From a virus (Duplodnaviria; Caudoviricetes), in the IMG/VR virus record IMGVR_UViG_3300031957_002670, positions 1 to 52,423 of that record: a stretch of DNA of 52,423 bases. One strand, 5' to 3'. Under the pieces are notes generated by a model, which did no database searches, was not told the DNA's origin, and saw only the letters and a list, made by a program, of their open reading frames with translations. This document shows, one piece after another, positions 16,861 to 26,400 of the stretch. The position numbers and the translations under genes are program-made. How positions within the stretch are numbered: the stretch's first letter is position 1; each line of letters begins with the position of its first letter.

Positions 16861-19370
16861 TGTTAGATCAAAGTATAATTAAGACACATTCAATAGGAAG
16901 AGATGGGTATATTTGGTGGGTAGGTCAAATTGCCAGTGAAGACTCGTGGAAAGAAAATAAACCAGATAATCCTAAAGAATCCAATGAACTTATAAGAGGT
17001 TTTGGTGAGAGATATAGAGTTGCAATTATAGGGTATTCACCTTATGATACTCAAGAAGTTACTGATGAAGAATTACAGTGGGCATATGTTGAATATCCAG
17101 TAACTGCTGGTGGTGGCGGTAGGTCATCATCACAAACTGCAAACTTGGCTCAAGGTGATTGTGTTCGTGGTTATTTTCTTGATGGTGAAGAAGGTCAAAT
17201 ACCCATCATCAGTGCGGTTATTGGAAGAAATGAATATCAGGCAATTGCGAAAAATAGACCAGATGGAGTAAGATTTAATAATTTTAGTGGATTCTTACCA
17301 GATGATTATGTACCTTTTTATACACAAAAAATAGCAAATGGTGGGGAAATTATTAATCCCGATCAGACTGAAGATAATGGTGGGAACATGTTTGTTCCCG
17401 GAACATCAGGAGGAACACCTAACAATCCCTTCTTGATGGAATCTGTTACTGGTTCTATATCAATAATAGATGCAGCATCTGAAGCTTCGAAGGATGAATC
17501 TACACAACCATTAGCAGTTCCATCTGATTGTGAACCTATACCCCTAGGTAAAATACAAAAAGAAATTCAGAATGTTGTTGTAGAAATCCAAAAAATTCAG
17601 AAGTCAGTTTATGACTATAGTCAAGCAGTACAAACTCAGGTTTCTGATATTCAAGATGCAATTGATAAACAACTTCAAAAGGCAACAAAATTTGTTGCAA
17701 GTGGAATAAAGTGGATTTTTACTGAAATTCAAAAGTTTGTCATTAAGACCACTAATAATGCACTCAAAAAGACATATTCTCTTCTATTTCCAAATGAAAG
17801 ACCTGAACTTAAAATTGCAGTAGAGGATATCAATGATTTGATTGCATGTCTTTTTAGAAATTTGATAAATCAGTTGTTGTCTATGATTGGTAATTTTCTT
17901 AAAGATGCTGCAAATAAAGTTATTAATGGACTAGAATGTCTGGTAGAAAATTTAATCGGTAATATTCTAGGAAAACTTATTAGTGGAATATCTGATATTA
18001 TAAACAATGCACTATCATCAATTACATCATTGGTTGGTCAGTCTGCTGGTATCGTTGGAGAGATTCTAGGTATTATTACTGATGTACTTTCATTCTTAAG
18101 TTGTGAGGAAAAACCGCAGTGTTCGAGAGTTGATGAGTGGAATATTTTAAGTGGTGCCAGTAAAGTATCTGCAGGAGATATTGAATCTATTATTGGTAAA
18201 GCAAAGAACATTGCAGCATCATTTCAAACTTCTGGAGAAAATATAGGAAACAGTATTGATAATGCATTCAACATGGATTTTGATGATGTATTCAACCAAT
18301 CTAGTTGTGATACTGGACCTGTATTTTGTGGACCACCAGTGGCACAATTCTTTGGTTCTGGTAGTAATGCTACTGGTAATCTTATTATTGGTTCCTTGGG
18401 TGAGGTTATTGGAATTGATATGATAAGTTTTGGATTTGGATATGATGACAAATCTTATGGAAAGGTATATGATAACTGTGGTAAGGGTAAAGGTGCATAC
18501 ATTAGACCTATTGTAGATACTTATACTGATGATGAGGGTAACACTCAAACTGGTATTACAGATGTTGAAATTGTAGAACCCGGAACTGGTTATCTTCCTG
18601 CACCTGATGGAAGTAGAGGTGGTAATGAATACACTTGGTCAGATCCAGATGATACCGTTATAAAAAACCCTGACGGAACATGGACACCTATCCCACCAGG
18701 TGAAGTAGTTACTGTTGATCCTGGTACTACTATTACTCTTCCTCCAGGTACAGTTGTAGTAACAGATCCACAACCAGGTGGAGATACTACAATAACACCA
18801 TTTGACCCTATAGTAGGTGAACCTGGTACTGGTGGAGATGGTGGCACTGGTGGTATTGGTGGTGGAACTGGTGGGGGAGGTAATGGTGATGGTAATAATG
18901 GTTCTACTGACGGTGGACAAGGTGGTGGTGAAACTATCCGAGGTGGTAATCCTGTTCTTATTGAACTACCTGGTGTCTTTACTACACCTAAACCTGAATA
19001 TAGAAGACCATCAGGTGACTATCCAACATCATCTAATGGTTCTTATCCTGTTATTCTATATCTTTGTGAAATCTTTATCGATGAAAGTGGTATCAATTAC
19101 TCTCCAGGAGACAAAATTGTTATTGAACCAGATATTGGTGCAGTTGCAGAACCTAAATTTGATGCACGAGGTAGAGTAACTTCTATCAAGGTTACTGAAA
19201 GTGGAGAAGGATTTACTGAATATCCAAGACTTTACATTCAGTCTGAAACAGGTTATAATGCGGTATTACGACCAAAACTTTGTATAGATAGAGTTGGTAA
19301 TGATGAACTCAAAGAACCAACATTCCAAGATAAAGTTATAACCGTTATTGATTGTGTAGGTAAAGTTTAA
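16860..19370 (+). CDS. gp5: Baseplate hub/spike protein gp5 (OB-fold N-terminus, no lysozyme domain seen)
   Basis: WWVGQI, RYRVAIIGY, LQWA, GDCVRGYFLDGEEGQIPII; Gly/Pro/Thr-rich linker. Confidence 0.75.
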   Translation: MLDQSIIKTHSIGRDGYIWWVGQIASEDSWKENKPDNPKESNELIRGFGERYRVAIIGYSPYDTQEVTDEELQWAYVEYPVTAGGGGRSSSQTANLAQGDCVRGYFLDGEEGQIPIISAVIGRNEYQAIAKNRPDGVRFNNFSGFLPDDYVPFYTQKIANGGEIINPDQTEDNGGNMFVPGTSGGTPNNPFLMESVTGSISIIDAASEASKDESTQPLAVPSDCEPIPLGKIQKEIQNVVVEIQKIQKSVYDYSQAVQTQVSDIQDAIDKQLQKATKFVASGIKWIFTEIQKFVIKTTNNALKKTYSLLFPNERPELKIAVEDINDLIACLFRNLINQLLSMIGNFLKDAANKVINGLECLVENLIGNILGKLISGISDIINNALSSITSLVGQSAGIVGEILGIITDVLSFLSCEEKPQCSRVDEWNILSGASKVSAGDIESIIGKAKNIAASFQTSGENIGNSIDNAFNMDFDDVFNQSSCDTGPVFCGPPVAQFFGSGSNATGNLIIGSLGEVIGIDMISFGFGYDDKSYGKVYDNCGKGKGAYIRPIVDTYTDDEGNTQTGITDVEIVEPGTGYLPAPDGSRGGNEYTWSDPDDTVIKNPDGTWTPIPPGEVVTVDPGTTITLPPGTVVVTDPQPGGDTTITPFDPIVGEPGTGGDGGTGGIGGGTGGGGNGDGNNGSTDGGQGGGETIRGGNPVLIELPGVFTTPKPEYRRPSGDYPTSSNGSYPVILYLCEIFIDESGINYSPGDKIVIEPDIGAVAEPKFDARGRVTSIKVTESGEGFTEYPRLYIQSETGYNAVLRPKLCIDRVGNDELKEPTFQDKVITVIDCVGKV

Positions 19371-19951
19371 TGGCAGAACTAAAGAATTATCATACTATTA
19401 GATATGGAACTGCTCAAGGTGAACTGCAGTTTGGACATATCACACAAGATAATGTTCTTTCTGCAGTATTGTTGAGAAACGGAAAAACAAAGAACCATTA
19501 TATTACGATGGATGCATCTGGTGCACCTCATCGGAAACACGGAACTATATGTCGTTCACCTGGTTCATTTCAGGTAAGGGCTGGTGATAATGTAGATGAA
19601 GATATTCCGGGTGTATATGTTGAAGCAGTCAGTGGTGATTTAGTTCTTAGAGCACCAAGTGGAAGAGTTAGAATAGATGGTGTCAACGTAGATATCATTG
19701 CAACAGGTGCTGATGGTGTAAATGGTAACGTTACTATCAGTGGTAATGAAAAGGTTATTGTCAAAGGACAGACTGTTGTTGTATCATCTGTAGTGTCTAC
19801 TAAGATCTTCTCGGAAAAAACAGTTGAACTTATTGGAAATGGAATCTTAAATATGTACGGTGGATTTATCGATTGTGCAGATGGTGCAACATCAATCAAA
19901 GGTTCACTCCTTCCATCAACAAATGAAATACAAAATCTACCGATAGACTAA
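19370..19951 (+). CDS. Spike beta-helix protein (gp5 C-terminal-like)
   Basis: Short alternating beta-strand repeats (GDLVLRAPSGRVRIDG, NVTISGNEKVIVKG) right after gp5. Confidence 0.5.
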   Translation: MAELKNYHTIRYGTAQGELQFGHITQDNVLSAVLLRNGKTKNHYITMDASGAPHRKHGTICRSPGSFQVRAGDNVDEDIPGVYVEAVSGDLVLRAPSGRVRIDGVNVDIIATGADGVNGNVTISGNEKVIVKGQTVVVSSVVSTKIFSEKTVELIGNGILNMYGGFIDCADGATSIKGSLLPSTNEIQNLPID

Positions 19952-20286
19952 TGACTTTAAATATTCCACATCCACAAAAGAAAGGAAAAAGACTTGAATA
20001 CTCTTCTTTACACGGTCCTGAACATGGTGTATACTATAGAGGTAGATTGAGAGGTCACGATAGAATTGAACTGCCTGAGGTCTGGAGAGACCTTGTAGAA
20101 GAACTTTCTATTACAGTATCAATTACACCAATTGGTATGGAACAAAGTATTATTGTGAAAGGTATTCAGAATAATGAGGTCATACTAGGTTCAAACCCAG
20201 GTATTCCTATTGATTGTTATTATCATGTATATGGTGAACGAAAGGATGTACCAAGACTTAAAACGGAGGGGAAGGTTAAATCATGA
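19951..20286 (+). CDS. Tail-associated protein, stand-alone IPHP/GPE/RG domain
   Basis: Shares IPHP..K.RL...GPE.GVY.RG, I.LP.W, ITVS.TPIG with the next two ORFs. Confidence 0.65.
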   Translation: MTLNIPHPQKKGKRLEYSSLHGPEHGVYYRGRLRGHDRIELPEVWRDLVEELSITVSITPIGMEQSIIVKGIQNNEVILGSNPGIPIDCYYHVYGERKDVPRLKTEGKVKS

Positions 20287-21059
20287 AGGTACCTGACTTA
20301 AATGTAGGTAAGAGATTATTTGTTGGACTAGGAAACCCAGAATGTTTGGGTAGAGGACCAGCAGAAATTCGTGGATCTGGTTTTATACAAGGTCCTACCA
20401 TTACCGGGACTCCAACTTTCCCTAATGTATGGGCCTCATCGATGATTGGCCCTCTTATCAATCCAGAGTCAACACCTCCTCTAATTCCTGGTGGATTCTG
20501 TTACGGTCCTCCATCGAATCCATTCTCTTTGGCTGTTGTTGGTTCGACAGCTTTGATGGGTATGGTCAATACCAACGCTTCTGTTGTTGTTGGTCAACAT
20601 GTGGCAGCACAAGGTGAAATAATTTCTAATTGTGGAGTTCATATTCTATCTCTTAAAAAGAACTTTGATATTCCTCATCCATCTAAAGATGGTTGGAGAT
20701 TGAGACATACTTGTCCAGAAGGACCTACCAATGATGTATACTTTAGAGGAACACTAAAGGATAAAGATTATATTGACCTTCCTATATACTGGAAGGATTT
20801 TGTTCATAGAGAATCTATCACGGTCAGTTTGACACCAATAGGAACTCATCAAGACATTATCGTGAAGAACATTGACGAAGATAAAATATATCTTCAATCA
20901 CGATCTGATGTCCCAATCCATTGTTTCTATCATGCTTATGCAGAGAGAAAAGATGGCGAAAGTTTGATTCCTGAGTATCCAGGTGAAACACCTGCAGATT
21001 ATCCAGGAAATAACGATCAATATTCAATTGTAGGATACCATTACGATATTAAATCATGA
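20283..21059 (+). CDS. Tail-associated protein with C-terminal FDIPHP domain
   Basis: KNFDIPHP...EGPTNDVYFRG...ESITVSLTPIG. Confidence 0.7.
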   Translation: MKVPDLNVGKRLFVGLGNPECLGRGPAEIRGSGFIQGPTITGTPTFPNVWASSMIGPLINPESTPPLIPGGFCYGPPSNPFSLAVVGSTALMGMVNTNASVVVGQHVAAQGEIISNCGVHILSLKKNFDIPHPSKDGWRLRHTCPEGPTNDVYFRGTLKDKDYIDLPIYWKDFVHRESITVSLTPIGTHQDIIVKNIDEDKIYLQSRSDVPIHCFYHAYAERKDGESLIPEYPGETPADYPGNNDQYSIVGYHYDIKS

Positions 21060-21769
21060 CAGACTCATTATTTGGTCCATTTAGGCCGGGCAACCCAGGA
21101 AAACAAGATTGTTCAGATGGTCAAGCCACAGGGTTACCATCAGGCAATTTCTCATATATTCAAAAGGCATTTAACAACTATGCCGAAGTTCCCACTCCCA
21201 ACCCATATTCAAAACCTCAGTGTCCACCATACTATCATTCTACTGCACAGATTGATCAACTTCGAGTTAATGCCACGTTAGCTGGTGCTACTGCAACTTT
21301 CTCCGGTACAGTTACTGCTCCTACATTCCAAGGAAATATCAACGTCCAGTCGTGGAAAGGATTTGATATCAAACACCCTAACAAAGAGGGTCATAGACTG
21401 AGACATATCTGTATGGAGGGTCCAGAGGCTGGTGTTTATATTAGAGGAAAGTGTACAGGCACTACGATTACATGTCCTACATATTGGCAAGGATTAGTTG
21501 ATCCTGAGTCAATCAGTGTCAATCTGACTCCAATTGGTTCTTATCAAGAACTTTTTATTGAGTCAATTGAATGGGGTAAGAGAATACAGATTAGAAACAA
21601 TCTGGGTGGTCCTATTGAGTGTTTCTATACGATTACCGCACAAAGAATTGATGGAGAACCATTGATTGTTGAGTATGAAGGTGATACTCCTGCCAAATAT
21701 CCAGGTAGTTCTGATCAGTTCTCTATTTCAGGATACGACTACGATGTCAGAGGCCAGAAGAAGAACTAG
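21056..21769 (+). CDS. Tail-associated protein with C-terminal FDIKHP domain
   Basis: KGFDIKHP...EGPEAGVYIRG...ESISVNLTPIG. Confidence 0.7.
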   Translation: MTDSLFGPFRPGNPGKQDCSDGQATGLPSGNFSYIQKAFNNYAEVPTPNPYSKPQCPPYYHSTAQIDQLRVNATLAGATATFSGTVTAPTFQGNINVQSWKGFDIKHPNKEGHRLRHICMEGPEAGVYIRGKCTGTTITCPTYWQGLVDPESISVNLTPIGSYQELFIESIEWGKRIQIRNNLGGPIECFYTITAQRIDGEPLIVEYEGDTPAKYPGSSDQFSISGYDYDVRGQKKN

Positions 21770-21809
21770 CACACACCCACTTGACTGAGGTACCCAGAAC
21801 CGTTATACT
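21753..21809 (+). promoter_or_regulatory. Early sigma70-type promoter with upstream quasi-palindrome
   Basis: GCCAG-N8-CTAGC, 10 nt, then TTGACT-N17-TATACT. Confidence 0.75.
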
Positions 21810-21830
21810 AGTAGAGTAGACAGGAGTTCA

Positions 21831-22049
21831 ATGACCTACAAACCACAAGAAGAAGATCAAGACTTTTTGACCCGTGTTGTGGTCGATGCAAGTCTTCGTA
21901 AGTTTTATCTTTACTCAAGTGATGGTAATAGTAAAACTATTGATTGTGAGAATGTAGACCAATTCATGAATGTCCTTGAATTGGTCCGTGCATTGATTAA
22001 AGAAGACGACATTGTTTACGCAGAACCTTTGGTTACTTCTGCAGAATGA
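21831..22049 (+). CDS. Hypothetical protein
   Basis: AGGAG SD; 72-aa ORF downstream of the promoter. Confidence 0.75.
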   Translation: MTYKPQEEDQDFLTRVVVDASLRKFYLYSSDGNSKTIDCENVDQFMNVLELVRALIKEDDIVYAEPLVTSAE

Positions 22050-22091
22050 ACCGTCCAGACCTTTACGAAGAAATTCTAAACTGTTACGAAT

Positions 22092-22247
22092 ATGAGACCA
22101 GAAACCCGTCAGTCTATGGAAATGTTGTTTGTTGCCAAATGGAATCTTCCCAAGGCAGCAAAGAATTGCAACTTAACTCAAAAGGAGATGAAAATTACCT
22201 TCAATGAGTATTGTGTTTTTCATCCACCAACTTGGAAGGGAGAATGA
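22092..22247 (+). CDS. Small hypothetical protein (51 aa)
   Basis: Read by hand: MRPETRQSMEMLFVAKWNLPKAAKNCNLTQKEMKITFNEYC; ATGA overlap with the next gene. Confidence 0.6.
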   Translation: MRPETRQSMEMLFVAKWNLPKAAKNCNLTQKEMKITFNEYCVFHPPTWKGE

Positions 22248-22537
22248 GTCAATTATTTGTGGTTGATATTGGTAAGGGTAGATGTGTTACTCATGATGGA
22301 CATGTCCAACTGGGTATCTTTAATCATACAGTAGAGAAACATCTTGAGTTATGTCCTGACCAAGAATGGCAGGTGACATACTGGATTCCTGACCCATTGG
22401 GTTTAAGATATAAGAGATCAAACTTTCAGCATACTATGAAAGCAAACGAAGGTTCTGCTAGAACTGATAATGCTGGTGATAGTCGTCCTAGAGACTTTCC
22501 TGACCAAGCAATAAACAGATTAGAACGCACATTATAA
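22244..22537 (+). CDS. Hypothetical protein
   Basis: GGGAG SD; likely start MSQLFVVDIG within ORF 22211..22537. Confidence 0.7.
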   Translation: MSQLFVVDIGKGRCVTHDGHVQLGIFNHTVEKHLELCPDQEWQVTYWIPDPLGLRYKRSNFQHTMKANEGSARTDNAGDSRPRDFPDQAINRLERTL

Positions 22538-22565
22538 AGATTACTATATAAAATAGAGGGGTCGA

Positions 22566-22736
22566 ATGAATATACAACTTTGGTACTCTGAACCTATGAG
22601 AGAATGGAGATGGTCTCTTGTATCTGATATAGATTCAAATGATCAACATTCTGGTGGACAGGAAGACTTACGAGATGCAATGAATGATATTGCAAATACT
22701 GTAGAATATTTACTTGACACAGATATGAATCCGTAA
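22566..22736 (+). CDS. Small hypothetical protein (56 aa)
   Basis: Read by hand, GAGG SD: MNIQLWYSEPMREWRWSL...LRDAMNDIANTVEYL. Confidence 0.7.
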   Translation: MNIQLWYSEPMREWRWSLVSDIDSNDQHSGGQEDLRDAMNDIANTVEYLLDTDMNP

Positions 22737-22742
22737 TATAAT
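22714..22742 (+). promoter_or_regulatory. Perfect-consensus sigma70 promoter
   Basis: TTGACA-N17-TATAAT. Confidence 0.85.
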
Positions 22743-22748
22743 ATAAGA

Positions 22749-22810
22749 ACCGTGTAAAGGAAGCACTCTATTGTGTTAATTAACCATCCAGTATTCTGGG
22801 TGGTTTTTTT
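22749..22810 (+). ncRNA. Candidate ~60-nt small RNA
   Basis: Bounded by a consensus promoter and a terminator, with no ATG-started ORF inside. Confidence 0.45.
22782..22810 (+). terminator. Rho-independent terminator
   Basis: ACCATCCAG-TATT-CTGGGTGGT followed by a T run. Confidence 0.85.
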
Positions 22811-22814
22811 ATGT

Positions 22815-22822
22815 AATAAATA
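22815..22822 (+). promoter_or_regulatory. T4-type late promoter
   Basis: AATAAATA before the endonuclease gene. Confidence 0.6.
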
Positions 22823-22845
22823 TCTAATGTCTCTTTAGTATTATT

Positions 22846-23391
22846 ATGATTTATTATACTTACGCATATCTTCGTGAAGATGGGACACCTTATTATATTG
22901 GTAAAGGAAAATCAAATAGAATACATAGTAAATTACATACGGTAAATCTTCCTCCGAGAGACAGAAGAATTTATTTGAAGAAGAATTTGACTGCTGAGGT
23001 GGCAGCAAAACACGAAATCTATATGATAAGTGTATTAGGAAGAAAGGATATTGGAACAGGAATATTGAGAAATTTGACTGATGGTGGAGAAGGCGTTCCT
23101 GGAAGAATTTTCAGTGAGGAGACAAGGAAGAAGATAAGTGATGGTATAAGAGGATATAAGAGAACACCAGAACATCAGAAAAACTATTCAAATTCCAGAA
23201 GGGGAAAACCTATTAGTGATTACCATAGACAAAGAATTGTTGAAGGACTGAAACCCAGAGATCAAAGTGGTGAGAAAAATTATAACTATGGAAGAAGATG
23301 GTGGAACAATGGAATAGACACAATGATGTCTGTAGAGTGTCCTGGTGAAGGGTATATTCTTGGTAGGTTATATAGGAGATGGAATAAATAA
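22846..23391 (+). mobile_element. Free-standing GIY-YIG homing endonuclease with NUMOD3-like repeats
   Basis: YYTYAY...PYYIGKG...R...H; RNLTDGGEG; FSEETRKKISDG; GEKNYNYG; WWNNG. Confidence 0.85.
23383..23390 (+). promoter_or_regulatory. T4-type late promoter
   Basis: AATAAATA in the last codons of the endonuclease, 27 nt before the next ATG. Confidence 0.65.
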
Positions 23392-23417
23392 CTCATAATG
23401 ACTAACGTGCCGGTAAG

Positions 23418-26400
23418 ATGCCTCTATCTCGATTAGATAACTTTCTAAAGAACGTAAAAGGAAATATTTTATATGTTGACCCTAGTAATCTAGACGCAAC
23501 AGATGGTATTGAGAACCAAGGTAACTCTTTTGCCCGACCATTCAAAACTCTACAAAGAGCATTGATTGAGGCATCTAGATTTTCTTATCAGAGAGGTCTT
23601 GATAATGATAGATTTGAGAAAACTTCAATCTATCTGTTCCCTGGTACACATTATATTGATAACAGACCGGGTTGGATTCCAACAGGGTCTAATACTTTCT
23701 TGTTGAGAAGTGGTGTTAACTCGAATGATTTTCAGTCATTCAGTAATACATCTAACTTTGATATTACCGATGGTAATAACATTCTTTATAAACTGAATAG
23801 TATTCATGGTGGAGTCATTATCCCCAGAGGTGTGTCCATTATTGGTCAGGATTTAAGAAAGACTGTTATCAGACCAATCTATGTTCCTAATCCAGAAAAT
23901 AATTTAATCGAAAGATCCGCAATCTTTAGATTGACTGGTGGATGTTACATGTTCCAGTTTACCTTGAAGGATGCTGATACCCAGAAACCCGCATATAAAG
24001 ATTACAGTCCTTCTACATTCACACCAACATTCTCTCACCATAGACTTACATCTTTCGAGTATGCAGATGGTAAGAACAATGTAAATATCAATGATGATTT
24101 CATTAACTATACTACAGATCGTACTGATCTAGAAATGTATTATGAAAAGGTTGGTATTGCATATGGTTCTGCAAGTGGAAGAGAGATTGAACCTGATTAT
24201 CCAAATGCAAACGTTGATATCCAACCCAAGATTGATGAATATCGTATTGTTGGGCCAGTATCTGGTTCAGTCGGTATCAGTAGTATCAAGGCTGGTGATG
24301 GTATTACTCCTTCTACTCAAGTCAACGTAAAACTTTCTGCTGGTATTTTTGGTCTAAACGTTGATACCAATGTTATCATCAACAATGTAAGTGATACAAG
24401 ATATAATGGTACGTATCTTGTAAACCAAGTGTTAGATACTAATGCTGACGGTGTTACAGAGTTTACATATGAACTTCCAGTACCTCCTGCTAATGCACTA
24501 CCAAATCCTCTAGGTTCTTCTGTAGAACTTTCTTCTGATACCGTAACCAGTGCATCACCATACATCTTCAACATCTCACAGAGATCTGTTTATGGTATGT
24601 GTGGCATGCATGCCGACGGTAGTAAGGCAGATGGATTTAAGTCCATGGTTGTTGCACAATTCACTGGAATTGGTCTTCAAGTTGATGATAGAGCTTTTGT
24701 AAGGTATAATACTACAAGTGGTTCATTTGATGACTCCAATGTAGTTGCTAATTTACATACAGATATTAATGCTGTATATAAACCACAATATGCAAATTAT
24801 CACATCAAGGCATCAAACAATTCTTTGATTCAGTTGGTTTCTATCTTTGCTATTGGTTATGCAGAACAATTCTTAACTGAATCTGGTGGTGACTTCTCGG
24901 TTACTAACTCCAATTCAAACTTTGGACAAACCGCACTTATTTCTAGAGGTTATAGAGATAAGGCATTTACTCAAGATGATGTTGGATATATCACACAAAT
25001 TATTCCACCACAATCACTCAAACCTGAATTTACTACAGTTGAATATCCCTCAATTGATATTACAAAAACTGTAGGTGTAGCAGATACAAGTAGAATGTAT
25101 CTCTATAACTATACCAATCAAGATGTACAACCTCCAAGTGTAGTTAACGGTTATAGATTTGGTGCAAACAATAACGAGACATTGAATGTTGTGATTCCAG
25201 TAGGAGGACAGACTGAAGTCTTTAGAGCAAGAGTCGTTATGGACGACACTGCATATGCAACAAAGAAAATAACTGGAAGAAAACTTGCAAGAGTTGGTAG
25301 AAATGTTTCTACTGGTAATAGTATTACAAACTCTACCCTAATGTTTACTGAGGATCATCAGTTCAAACAAGGTGAGACTATAAGAGCCATTTCAAATAAT
25401 GGAAGACTTCCTGATGGTCTTGATAGTAATAGAGTTTATTTTGCAATTGTTGACGGTCTACCATCAAACCAAATACAACTAGCACAGTCATTCAACGATT
25501 CTTTGACTGGTAACAAGGTTGGTATTAATAATCTTGGTGATACTATTATTGTAGAGAGTAGAGTTAATGATAAAGACCCTGGTGATGTAGGACATCCTAT
25601 TCAATATGATGTTGATGAATCTCAATGGTATGTAAATGTATCATCTGCATCAACAGAGAACAATTTGTTTTCTAAATTGAATGGTGGTGGACTTGGAAAT
25701 ATTACTTCTAGAACATATACCATTAGAAAGAAAGATTCTAGACAGTCTGATGATAGAATTGTACAGTTGAGATTTGTTATTCCTGCAAACACTGGAGTAT
25801 CTTCTGCAAGACAACCACTAGATGGTTTTATTCTTCAAGAATCAAGTGATGTTACTGGTTCAACTAATGAAGAAGTTGCATTGGAGTTTAATCCAGGTTC
25901 TGTGACAATGAGTAATGACTCTCAGATGAGAAACTTTAGTTTCATCTCGGGTGTTGATTATAAAGCAGGAATTACATACTATTCGACAGAACAACCACAT
26001 AGACTTTCTATTGGTTCTACTGTTGTTATTAATAATGTAAGAAGTACTTTGTTCCCAACGGTTGGTACAGGTAACTCTGGTTACAATGGTACATACGAAG
26101 TTACTGGTATTGCAAGTGCAAAGACATTTACTGTAAATTCCATTCCTCTTTCTGCCGGTACATTTATTAACGATACATCACAGAGAACTACTGAACTTCC
26201 AACTTTCTCTAGAAGAAACCTTGCGAAAGATTTTTATGTTTATGATGTACAAACTATCAATGAGTATATCAATGGGGAACAAGATGGTGTTTACCACCTG
26301 TCGATAATCAATTCTTCGAACGAACCAAAAGTTTTCCCATTCAACAATAATAATTATGCGTTCTCACAACCAATCACTAACTACTACCCACAGTTAGATA

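Noticed and set aside
18826-18945. GGT-rich stretch as a non-coding repeat or G-quadruplex element
   Set aside because: Explained by the Gly-rich linker of gp5.
22740-22845. tRNA gene after the consensus promoter
   Set aside because: No cloverleaf or TTC-containing T-loop stem; I saw no tRNA anywhere in the window.
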